Positions 40,059 to 51,439 of a stretch of DNA of 64,000 nt are shown piece by piece. A program made the translations under genes and the position numbers. The stretch comes from Felis catus (lineage: Eukaryota). The DNA is taken from NCBI RefSeq assembly GCF_018350175.1, contig NC_058383.1, positions 29,018,001-29,082,000 on the forward strand, written 5' to 3'. The number at the start of each line of letters is the position of its first letter. Positions within the stretch are counted from its first letter, which is position 1. The notes below the pieces were generated by a model that made no database searches, was not told the origin of the DNA, and was given only the letters and a program-made list of their open reading frames with translations.

Positions 40059-40533
40059 TTCCATTGTTAATTTGGATCATTTAATGCTGTTAGAGAAGAT
40101 GAGCTATTATTTACTGACAGCCCAGTGTATTATTGAACCTTAAAGTCACTTTTGATTTTTGGGGTGTTTGTGTAGCAATGAACATGTTGATTCAAGCTTT
40201 TATTCTTCTGTTGAAATTAGAGTAAACATTTTAAATTATTTTTATGGTGCTTGCTATGTTGCATTAACTTTTAAATTAAGGGTTTTTTTTTTTTTTTAAT
40301 TTGGTTTTTTAGAATCGGGGACTATCTCTAAATTTACTAAATGGAAAATTGAAAACTTTATGAAGCATAAATATATTGAGCCTTCTCACCCAGGAGTAAC
40401 TTCATAGGTTCTGGTCGGCAGTAGTAGTAATAGCTGCCGTCAGTGACAGACTCCTTTGTGACGGGTGCTCTGTGCGATAGTGTCCTCTGGCGTCCCAGGT
40501 GGTGTTGATTGAATTGGGTAAAACGTCTCCCAA

Positions 40534-40765
40534 GGGCGCCTGGGGGGCTCAGTTGGTTAAGTGTCTGTCTTTGGCTGAGGTCATGATCTCATGGTTTGTG
40601 AGTTCAAGCCACACATCAGGCTCCATGCTGACAGTGCAGAGACTGCTTGGGATTCCCTCTCTCTCTCTGTCTCTGTCTCTCTCTCTCTGCCCCTCCCCTG
40701 CTCACGTTCTCTCTCTTTCTCTCTCAAAATAAATAAATAAAAACTAAAAAAACCAAAACCAAAAA
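40534..40765 (+). mobile_element. CanSINE
   Basis: Head, (CT)n and A tail; TSD aaaacg.c.ccca. Confidence 0.92.
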
Positions 40766-41910
40766 CGGCCCCCAGAACCAGAATAGTATATGCTTGAGCC
40801 TAAATTAGTGAACTAAAAATAAAATTGGTTTCTTAGCCATAGGATTTGGATTATTAAATTGTAGGCCAGGCAACAAGTTCTTAAACCACAGAGTACCATG
40901 GCTTTGTTTTTTCTGGCATTAACCAAACAGTGTTATTTATACTGATGGTTCCATTTGTAAACTAGATCATGCCCTGCTTGGCGTTTGAATGCCTGAATAA
41001 TATGCCTTAATTGTGGGTCAGTGAAGCCAAACTAATTGCTTGTTGGGCTCTTGGATTGCCTTTTTAATTTGCTGTATAATGCAGTCTCCACCAGAAACAT
41101 ACCATGTATTGTCATCTAAGCAAAGCTTATTAAAATCATCTTACAAACAACGGAATGCCTGATATTTTGTCCATAATCTTGCAAATAAAAAAATTAAATG
41201 CATTACAGAGAGTTGTAAGTTACAAATAGGCTTTTTTGAGTGCCTTTGTATCTGTTTCGGAAAGTATACATAAAATGCCTGTTCTATGTTTTATACCAAT
41301 ATGATTGCTTTCTTTACCACGGATTGTTTCGCTTTGTGCTTTTAATATGTTCTAAATGACAGTAATGGCATGAGCTTCTAAGATGGTCACTTATTTCAGA
41401 CTGTGCAAGTCACCCAATAAGATTGGTATTGGTATTCATCCAGTGACTTTCCGTTTCAGTAAAAAAAAAGAAAAGACACATTTGCTGTCATTCTCATTTC
41501 TCCAAACACCAGTCATAGGAGTTCCCTTTATAATTTGTAGGGACAGTTGTTCAGAAGTCGGTAAGATCGTTAGCATTCTCCGATACTTGTTTTCTCTCAG
41601 TTTCTCTCAACTAACAAGCAGACCTGCAGAGGACTTTCTTTTGACTCTCTGGTCACTAATTTCGTCCATGTAGCTAAGATTTATTGAACAGCTGCTGAAT
41701 GCCAGGAACTGTTGTAGGTGGAGGGATGCCACAGGTTGGTGGTTGGTTGTTTGTTTGTTTTTTTTCTATTTATGATTAATATTTAGTCCTAGAGAAAAAT
41801 CTTTGAGGTGAATTGTAAGAGCTTTTTAAAATGATTTTAGAAATGGATTAATATATTGAAGAAGTGTCTACTTAAGAATTTAATAGATGCCTATGTCGGG
41901 TTTTCAGTAG

Positions 41911-42009
<99 letters not shown>

Positions 42010-42536
42010 TGAATTTGTATTTTCTCTTTGCATCTGCACATGTAAGTGTGTGGTCTGGAAGGGATAACAGGAAAAGTACGACTGAAGAAAGAGCTTTATT
42101 TACTTAAAAATAGGCAGTGATTTTGTGGTGGATATGAATGCTATGCTTAACGTAATGGTACCCTTGGGTCTTGATTAACTCATCTCTTGAGTTACATTTT
42201 CCAGTTTATGCATGAGTTGAATGTTGAAAAATGTATATCTTCTCTTCATTATTTCGTTTTCACTCAGAACTCTAAATTCATCATTTCCCATAAGTGCACA
42301 TGATAAATTTTGAGATGTGTTAGCTGTGTTACTAACCATAAGTTCTCTATTTTCCAGTTACTTGAGTATGTATATTTTTTGGTTGGGTAGGGTTTTGTTT
42401 TTTTTTTTTTTTTTCATTTTCCTTTTTCATTGAAAACCTTGGAAGTTCAGTCCTTTAGGGAGATGGTTACTGCTGCTTCAGATTAGTTTTCTACTTCATC
42501 CTCCTCACCTTCCCACTTTTCTTTTCCATCGCTTTC

Positions 42537-42768
42537 TTTTTTTTTTTTTTTTTAATTTTTTAACATTTATTTATTTTTGAGAGACACAGAGAGAGACAAA
42601 GCGCTAGCAGGGGAGGGGCAGAGACAGAGGGAGACACAGAATCTGAAGCAGGTTCCAGGCTCCGAGGTGTCAGCACAGAGCCCGATGTGGGGCTCGAACT
42701 CACGAACTGCAAGATCATGACCTGAGCTGAAGCCGGCCCCTTAACCAGCTGAGCCCCCCAGGCATCCC
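42537..42768 (-). mobile_element. CanSINE
   Basis: TSD tccatYgctYtcttt. Confidence 0.92.
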
Positions 42769-43410
42769 TCCATTGCTCTCTTTCTAACCTTGGTTTATGG
42801 GCCTCAATCCCTGCCATTGGATATAGATGTGGGAGAACTGTAACTGATGGTAACAGTCCTTGCGGTGATGATCAGAGGACATAGGTGTTGCATTCCATAT
42901 CGGAATTCTGTTTCGGTGTACTCTTGTCACAAGAATTCTGCCACCTCAGTGCCCTCATTCCCGGTTTATAGCCACGAGTAGCCAGAGCGGTTCAGTCCTA
43001 GGACTACCTCTGCTTAAACTCAGCCCATTGAATGTGGACGGTGCGTTCCCTACACATGCAGACAACTAGATTAAAAGGAGAAAGTTAAACACTTAGTGAA
43101 ATATCTTGAATAGAGTAGCCTTTTATTTTTCCCCTTTAAATAATTTTCATGGGAACTTCATGAGTTCCTGTGGTCTGCATAGAATTGTCAGGATTCAAAT
43201 TGTTGTGGGTTCAATAAAGTATCAGAGCCCGAGTCAAGGGTGAGATGGCAGAGTGCTGCTGTTCCAAAGAATACTTTTAGGAGTTGTTTGGTAATCATGA
43301 GTCCTTCACAGCAATTCCTCAAGTTAGCTTGGAGGCAGTTCCTTTAAAGAACCACTGGTATATCATTCACTTTTCAGCTGTCAACCTTTTATCCAAAACT
43401 TGTCTCCTAG

Positions 43411-43497
43411 TGCAACCAAAACGCGATCATGTTCTCCATGTGACATTCCCCAAAGAATGGAAAACCAGCGACCTTTACCAGCTTTTTAGTGCCTTTG
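43411..43497 (+). CDS. PARN: PARN exon 20: (L)QPKRDHVLHVTFPKEWKTSDLYQLFSAF(G) (87 nt; RRM start, W456)
   Basis: Acceptor tcctag|TGC, donor TTG|gtaagt. Confidence 0.97.
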
Positions 43498-44312
43498 GTA
43501 AGTAAATCACAAGTACATATGTACTTTTAGGATTTTGCTATGTTTTTGGTCTGTGCAGGTGGCCACAGGTATATGACAGCTTCAGCTCGGACGTGAAAGA
43601 GTATTGCTCTGCAAGAGTTTAGTCGCACTCATGGAGTATTTCAGGGTTTGATATATTGCTATTTTTGTGCTAATGTGACCTGAGGAACTTTTAATAGCGC
43701 CCCACAATAGAGTGCTATTATTAATCCACGGAAAGCAGGATACTATTACTGTGACTGCCCTTAGTGCTGACCACGGAAAATAAATCTAGGCAGAGGATAA
43801 ATCATGTTTAAGATTAAATTCAGAGAGAACGTCTGTTTCGTAAGGGCAAGTCACGGCTTGACACTGAATAGTCCAAGCACATGAGCACAGATGTTTAAGA
43901 GGACCAAGATAGGAGTTATGAGGGTGGTAGGGCACCGTTTTATCAGGTCAGGTGATAGGTGGAATCGAACAGTCTTCCGATGAGGGTTTATAATGACCCT
44001 TCTGAAGTCTTCAGCAGTTCCTCTTTAACCAGTGAAATATTTAAGCTGTTCTCCTTTGAAATTTTAGGTAAAGGCAGCACGAAATCTAAATGGCCAGTAC
44101 TAAGACTGTCCGTTAATGTTTATGTACCTTTTCACCGGGCTAATATCCTCTAAAATGTAGCCATTTAAAGAATATCTGAAGAGTTGGTGTTTATATTTTA
44201 ACATTTCGTGTAAAAAGCAGGTACAAAGTAGGATTCCTGTATAACTTTTTTTGTTAACACTTTGTATAGAAATCAGACTGAAAGGAAGCTTCATGCTATT
44301 ACCACTGACTGT

Positions 44313-44693
44313 TTTGAGTTTTTTTATTTTTTATTTTTTTAGACAGAAAGTGCGAGCAGGAGCAGGGAGGGGCAGAGGGAGAGAAAGAATCTTTTTTTTT
44401 TTTTTTTTTTTTTTTTGAGAGAGAGAGAGGGCACAAGTGAGCAAGGGGCAGACAGAGAGAGAATCCCATGAGGGACAGAGAGACAGAGAGAGAAAGTCAG
44501 GGCTCATGTTTCTTGCCCCAAGCAGGGATCGAGCTTACCCGAAACGGGGCTCATGGAGAGAGAGAGGATCTTAAGGAGGCTCCACGCTCAGAGTGGGGGT
44601 CCAACACAGGGCTCGATCCCACGACCCTGGGATCATGACCTGGGTTGAAATCGAGAGTCAGACGCTCACCTGACTGAGCGACCCAGGCGCCCC
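44313..44693 (-). mobile_element. CanSINE with a second, truncated SINE nested at about 44392-44557
   Basis: Outer TSD ctgactgt; inner TSD gagagaRagRatctt. Confidence 0.85.
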
Positions 44694-45034
44694 ATCGCTG
44701 ACTGTGAGATAGGCTTCTTTATGCTTTTCTGTATTTCGTAAAATAAGCATATATGTATTAGATTTTATAAGCAAAACACTTTACAGACTTAGCTTTTAGA
44801 AACGTAAGCGAAACAAGGTATGTTTCCCAGTCTTTGCAGCCATCTCAGTGACGTCTGAAATTCTGGTCTTGCTTGTTAATTTAAATACAGATCTGGAAAT
44901 GCAATTGAATTTCATGGCTAATTTGTTTTGAGAGCTTTTGATGTTGTTGCCGTTCTTTCTCGAATTGCGAAGTGCTTACCCTATTTAGTCAACCTTTAAT
45001 TGGGTAAATTAAGTAGAAGGCTCAGGGGAGAATT

Positions 45035-45471
45035 TTGTTTTCTTTTTTTTTTTTTAACATTTTTTTAAAAGTGTATTTATGTATTTGAGAGAGAGAGAGC
45101 ACAAGCAGGGGAAGGACAGAGAGAAAGGGAGAGAGAGAATCCCAAGCAGGCTCCACGCTGTCAGTGCAGAGCCCAATGCGGGGCTTGAACCCATCAACCC
45201 TGAGATCATGACCTGAGCCGAAATCAAGAGTTGGACGCTCAACCAACCGAGCCACCCAGGTGCCCCTCAATTTTTTCTTTTTAAGTTTATTTATTTTGAG
45301 AGAGTGAAAAAGCCTGGGTGGGAGAGGGGCCGAGAGAAGGTGAGAGAGAATCCCAAGCAGGTTTTGCACTGCCATCTTGGAGCCTGATGTGGGGCTGGAA
45401 CCCATGAACTGTGACATCATGACCTGAGCCTAAATCAGACGCTTAACTTGACTGAGCCATCCAAGCGCCCC
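45035..45471 (-). mobile_element. Two tandem CanSINEs
   Basis: Heads end at about 45267 and 45471. Confidence 0.9.
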
Positions 45472-45870
45472 TGTTTTCGTTTTACTTAAAAACCAAATGA
45501 GTTGTGTGATACTGGACAGATAATCTCTCTGTGTGTCTGTGTCCTCACCGGAGATGCTGATGATGCCACTTACTGTATTCAGCATTTCACGAGGACTAAA
45601 TGAGCTAATTCATGGAAGGCATTTAGCATAGTTTGTGGCCTACAGCGACTAAATAAATGTTGACTGTTATTATTTATCTAAAACACACACAGTAGAGAAG
45701 GGACTTTAGTCATTGAGGAAGTCATTATGGTACCTTGCTGTGCAACAGGAAGTGAGTTTTTGTCCTATGACAATGAGTTTGCAAGCATTTGTAGCCTTTG
45801 AAAATTTCAGCAGGAATTAAAAACATTTTTTTTCACTACTAAATTCCGGTGATGTTTACCCAGTTTTTAA

Positions 45871-46088
45871 ATTTTTTTTTTTTCAGCATTTATTTATTTT
45901 TGGGACAGAGAGAGACAGAGCATGAACGGGGGAGGGGCAGAGAGAGAGAGAGAGACACAGAATCGGAAACAGGCTCCAGGCTCTGAGCCATCAGCCCAGA
46001 GCCCGACGCGGGTCTCGAACTCCCGGACCGCAAGATCGTGACCTGGCTGAAGTCGGACGCTTAACCGACTGCGCCACCCAGGCGCCCC
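45871..46088 (-). mobile_element. Young felid CanSINE
   Basis: TSD acccagtttt. Confidence 0.95.
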
Positions 46089-46629
46089 AACCCAGTTTTA
46101 ATAAATCCAGTCTTGCGTGTCTTTTGGAGGAGAGCAGTAGCAGAATAATTAGGCCTCTGCTTCCCCTTCAGTTTTCTCGAGCTCCTGCCCCACCACGCCT
46201 GTCCTTCCTTCTCCCCAGCGCCCTCGTGCCTTCTGTCTGTCTGCAGGTGGTTAGCCTTTCTGGAAGGTCTGTCTCTCTTCATGTGAACATCACTTGGTTT
46301 CGCTAGACTGCTTTCTGCCCCTCTCGGGTTTTTCTTGCCTCCGTTAGTCTGTCTTGGTTTCCTCTCTCTGACACCTTCTTTTCTTTGGTCCTCATCTACC
46401 TGCTACCTGTTTGCTTTACCTGGCCTTGAGATCAACGTTGAGTTTTTCTCACTTCTTGCTACTTGGATTCCTTTTGTGTTTTCCAGTTGTAATTTTCAAA
46501 GCTTATGCCTCTCCTGAAATGCTTAATGCAGTAAGTGCCATCATCATCATCTGATGAGGACAGAGATGCAGAGAGATTATCTGTCCAGTATCACACTAGT
46601 CATTTGTTTTTTTAATTAAAATGAAAACA

Positions 46630-46835
46630 GGGGCGCCTGGGTGACTCAGGCGGTTAAGCGTCCGACTTCGGCTCAGGTCATGATCTCACGGTCTGTGGGT
46701 TCGACTCCCACATTGGGCTCTATGCTGACGGCTCAGAGCCTGGAGTCTGCTTGAGATTCTGTGTCTCCCTCTCTCTCTCTGCCCCTCCCCTGCTCATTCT
46801 CTCTCTCTCTCTAAAATAAATAAATATTAAAAAGG
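46630..46835 (+). mobile_element. CanSINE about 120 nt upstream of exon 21
   Basis: Head, (CT)n and A tail. Confidence 0.93.
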
Positions 46836-46955
46836 AAAACTAGGGGAAAAATTTTAAAAAATTAACACATTCTGAAATATATCAGACATGCAAATGAAGT
46901 CTGGTAGTGATCTGAAGGGTCACATGTTCCCTTTACTTTTATTTCGCTATTACAG

Positions 46956-47030
46956 GTAACATTCAGATATCCTGGATTGATGACACATCAGCGTTTGTCT
47001 CTCTCAGCCAGCCCGAACAAGTACAGATTG
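46956..47030 (+). CDS. PARN: PARN exon 21: (G)[24 protein letters not shown](A) (75 nt; cap-stacking W475)
   Basis: Acceptor ttacag|GTA, donor TTG|gtgagt. Confidence 0.97.
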
Positions 47031-47625
47031 GTGAGTGCTTGGGGTAGAGGTTTTGTATATGAATGAAAATGCAAGCTTGCCCTCTTTATGCGGTGGCTTC
47101 AGTCCTCTGATTCACAAGCATTGCTGCCTGGTTTGTTTAGAGCTGTGTCTAAAATAAAGGGGGTAATCAGTCAGTATCACGTGTAGATTGCCTCCTTTCT
47201 GTTCCCCTCGCGTTGCACTTTTTTAAAACGAGTTGCAGATTGGCTTTGAGAATTAAAAGTAGCAAATTGAGCAGAATGAGGAGCATCAAAAAGTGATACC
47301 TGTATCCATTGTTCATCTCTGTACTTTTTCCATTTATTTATGTTTTTGTCATCTATTCATTTCATTAAACTTGTCTCGAATACTTGTTTTACAAACACAC
47401 TGGAAGATGTTTTATTTGCTTTCAAAATAGAACAGTAAAAGATGGAACACCACATCTCTTACTGGATCCTAAATAATTTTGCTATTAACCATCTGAAAAT
47501 GTATTTCCTTAGGATTGAAAGTTATTGATAAAATATGTGTTGTTAAACAGCTGCTTCCTCAAATAGATTTCAAGTTTCCCTGGTGCTTAATAATGTAAGC
47601 GGTGTGGAATTTTAAAGTGTTCTGT

Positions 47626-47838
47626 CTTTTTTTTTTTTAATGTTTATTTATTTACTTTGAGAGAGAGAGTGCTTGTGTGAGTGGCAGAGGGGCAGAGGGA
47701 GAGAGAGAGAGAATCTTAGGCAGGTTCCATGCTCAGCAGCACAGAGCCTGACGCGGGGCTCGATCCCACGACCGTGAGATCATGACCTGAGCTGAAATCG
47801 AGTCTGACTCTCAACCGCCTGAGCCACCCAAGCTCCCC
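47626..47838 (-). mobile_element. CanSINE
   Basis: TSD taaagtgWtMtgtct. Confidence 0.92.
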
Positions 47839-48019
47839 TAAAGTGATATGTCTAATTAAACTTTTGTTTATTTAACAAGGTACCACGTACTGAAACTATA
47901 TAATTCTGATAAGGTAACTAAATGAGTAACTATATATGAAAACTGCCACAAGTACGCCCATTCAGATCAGAGTATTTTGGTGTTTCTTCTTAATTCTATG
48001 ACCACTGCAGGAATATAGG

Positions 48020-49700
48020 TTACATTGCAGTGAAGAGCTTAGGCTCTGGAATCACACTGCTGCCCTACCTGTAGTTGTATGACCTTGGGCAAGTTCTTTA
48101 ACCGTGACAAGCTTCTGCTTATCTCTGTAAAGTGAGGATGACAGTATGAATTTATTGGGGTTATTGTGAAGATTACAGGAGATGATGTACGTGAAGCTTG
48201 GCACAGCTTTGAACGTGTATGACGATTACTTGGTAGTGGATTTCAGTGTGAAATGTCCTTCGGGAGCATGTGACACCGAGAATAGTGTTGGATACAGGGT
48301 GTGAATGATGTTGCTTGTTAAATGTTTTGGTATTTACTTATTTCTGTGATTCATTCTCCTGCGATCCTTAGAAAGGCCGTTGAGATGGCCCCCAGAGGGA
48401 CTGATTATTAGAGAGGCAAAGATAACTTCGGGGAGGGGAAAGGGACTCTGAGATCGAGAGTGTAACAAGACTTTCTTGCGGCTGCAAGGACACAGAACTA
48501 GAACTTTTGGCTGGAAGTCTAGCTATACCTCCTTGGCCCAGCATCACCCTTCACCTCCCTCACAGCGCATACTTGTGTGACACTGAAGCCACACGGTGGG
48601 GTAGAGGAGATGCAGACTGCCCTGGGGCCTACCCTCGCCCCACTGCTCGTCGGCTCTGTGTCTTTGGGCAGGTTATGTGAACTCTCCAAGCCATGGCTCC
48701 TCATCTGAGAGGTGGATTCGGTGACGGGTACTTTGTGAAGCGAGGTCACGGACATTAGCAGGGGGCCTGGCACTCCACCAGCGGTGCTTGACAAATGCTA
48801 GGTGATTATTCCCATATCTGCTTGGCCTCCCTTGCTGCGAACAGTAAAAGTGAGAGTGTGCGAACGTGCCGTGAGATGTGTAAAGCATCAGCTGGTGGTA
48901 TTTGCTTGCACACACGAGCAGACTCCTCGTTTATGTGTGTGCGGTGTCACAGCTTCTTGTGACGTTCCTGTGGTACCATGTTTGATGTCTAGTAATGCTT
49001 GCTCCCTTACTTTCGATCACAATATGCCTCCAACGGTAGCTTTCGAGCTCAGTATTTCATTCAGCGATACCTGAAATCTGGGAACTGCATTTCAGAATCA
49101 CGTTGCTCCGGAGGCACATCATTTGGTTGGTTTTGTGTGTTGCTTCCCTGAGGGCAGTATTGAGTCCGCCTCATTCCCCACTGACTCCTCCAGTGCCTGG
49201 AACGCACCGTGGCATGAGTAGAAACGTGTGTTTGAGTGGGTAACATGGGGAAGAGGCCAAGATGAAATTGTGACCTTTTTACCTTTTTCCTCCTACCTGA
49301 AGTAGGTGACTATTGTGTCTCAAGAGATGCAGCTTTACTACTAAAGTCTCAGTTTCCATTGTAGGCTCTTACACAGAGGACAACACTTAACAGAAATACC
49401 TGGCCATTTGCACATGCTGTGCCTATGACCATAAGTTTCTTTGCCACAAGCCACCTCTTTAGCATCCTTTTCCTCCAGAGCTTGGCTATGTCCCACTTCC
49501 TGCCTCATGTCGGCTTAAACATCCATTTCTCTGGATGTCTCCTTCTCTGGGCCCCATTTCTGTGCAGCCTGGCATCCTTCATGGATATACCTTGTTTGTT
49601 TATCTTCCCTGATGAACTATAAACTCTTTGAGAGCAGGAACCAGACCTCTTGCTCACCGTGGTGTTTTTAGTGCTGAGAATAAATGTTTATTGAGCTGGG
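48020..49700. mobile_element. MIR relics (about 48020-48220, 48590-48810) and L2 relics (about 49150-49700)
   Basis: gaccttgggcaagtt / ctttgggcaggttatgtgaactctc cores; L2 3' motif aataaatgtttattgag. Confidence 0.6.
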
Positions 49701-49744
49701 TAAGTGATAGTCAAAGTATCATGACTTGGAAATGCCTTTTTGCT

Positions 49745-49968
49745 GGGGCACCTGGGTGGCTCAGTCTGTTAAGCATCTGACTTCAGCTCAGGTCATGATC
49801 TCACAGCTCCTGAGTTTGAGCCCCGTGTGGGGCTCTGTGCTGACAGCTCAGAGCCTGGAGCCTGCTTCGGATTCTTTGTCTCCCTCTCTCTCTGCCCCTC
49901 CCCTGCTTGTATTCTGTCTCTCTCTCTCTCAAAAATAAATAAAAAAAACATTTAAAAAAATTTTTTAA
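49745..49968 (+). mobile_element. CanSINE
   Basis: Perfect TSD aaatgcctttttgc. Confidence 0.93.
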
Positions 49969-50699
49969 AAATGCCTTTTTGCATGGGATGGATATTTATA
50001 ATGTCTCTGGTCTTTTGCCGTGATGTCTAAAATTATGCAGCTTCATTGAAAGTGTAAAAATCTGTTTTTTATAGTAGTAATTCTGATGATGAGAGAGACC
50101 TAGGATAGCTAATGTGCTGCAAATCCTATTAGTGTTAACTTAAACAAATTACTTATTCATTTCAGCGGAAACAAAGGGCCTGTTAGATCAATAATGTAAC
50201 ATTGGAAAAATCATTAAATGCCTATTTATATAGCAGCTTGTAATGGCTTCTTTGGCTCTGTTACAAACTAATTTTTGATTTACATTAAGAAATGGCTTCT
50301 AAACTGACACCTGTCTTTTGATAATACTAAGTCTAACCAAGATTAAAAAAAAAAAACCAAAACATTTTCAGTATCTTGAATATGAAAGTTCTCTTTTTCT
50401 AGGGAACGTTGTTATACTAATAATTAAAATCTTTCTACTGAGTGCCATTTGGTTTGATTCCTGATTGTTTTGTTTGTTTGCAAAACATCAAGGTGAGGGT
50501 CTTTGTGGCTTTGGGGTGTTCAGGTGGTGATAGCCCATTCAAGCCATACACTGAGCATTGTTCCCCGGTAGCTCTTGAGGTAAGGTAGTTCGTGACCTTG
50601 GAGAATGTTGGGGAATTTTCCTCAAAGAACTGGAGTGAGAAATCACCTTTCATTGTAACTTCTGAATTGCTCATTCATATTTAAGATTCTTATATTCCT

Positions 50700-50908
50700 G
50701 GGTTACCTGGGTGGCTCAGTTGGTTAAACATCCAGCTCTGGGTTTCAGCTCAGGTTATGATCTCATGGTTCGTGGGATTGAGCCCTGCCTCAGGCTCCGT
50801 GCTGATAGCTTGGAGCCTGCTTGGGATTCTCTCTCCCTCTCTCTCTCTGCCCCTCTCCTGTGTTCTCTCACTCAAAATAAATAAATAAAAATAAACTTGC
50901 ACAAAAAC
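50700..50908 (+). mobile_element. CanSINE
   Basis: TSD aagattYttataYWcct. Confidence 0.92.
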
Positions 50909-51439
50909 CAAGATTTTTATATACCTAATGTAGTTTTGTTAGGGAGGGGCCCAGCAATATTTCAAAAGTTGAGAGAACCATCTAGTCATACCCTCAATGT
51001 TTAGACATTGAGTATTTTTGTCTTGAGTGTCCTAAATGCATCATACATTTTCATAGTAATAGCTTGAGAAAAAAAAAACCTTTTCACTTATGTTGAAAGC
51101 TGGAAATTGTAGCATACTGCCAGAAATATTTAAAAAGCAGAAATTGATAAAGGCACTTCAGAAGAGGTAGAAATCTGACAATTATTTTGTAAAGCCAGCA
51201 GGTAGTTGTATAAATTTCTGATATGCTGCCTTAGGAGCTCGTTCAGGACAGTTTGTTGCGATGGAGGGAGAAACTTGCTTCACTTCACTTTAGAGTATGA
51301 GCATGTTTATATTAAATTGTACTTTTAAACGCACAGCTTTTATTTGCACAGAACAGGCAAATCTTTGAGTTGTGGATATGACCCGAGGCGATTAGTCAGC
51401 ATTGTTTTGCTAAAGGATGCTTATAACTTTAAAATTTAC

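Noticed and set aside
44045..44073. ttttag|gtaaag as a zero-length recursive splice site in intron 20
   Set aside because: The intron is only about 3.5 kb, the donor is mediocre, and AGGT motifs are frequent by chance.
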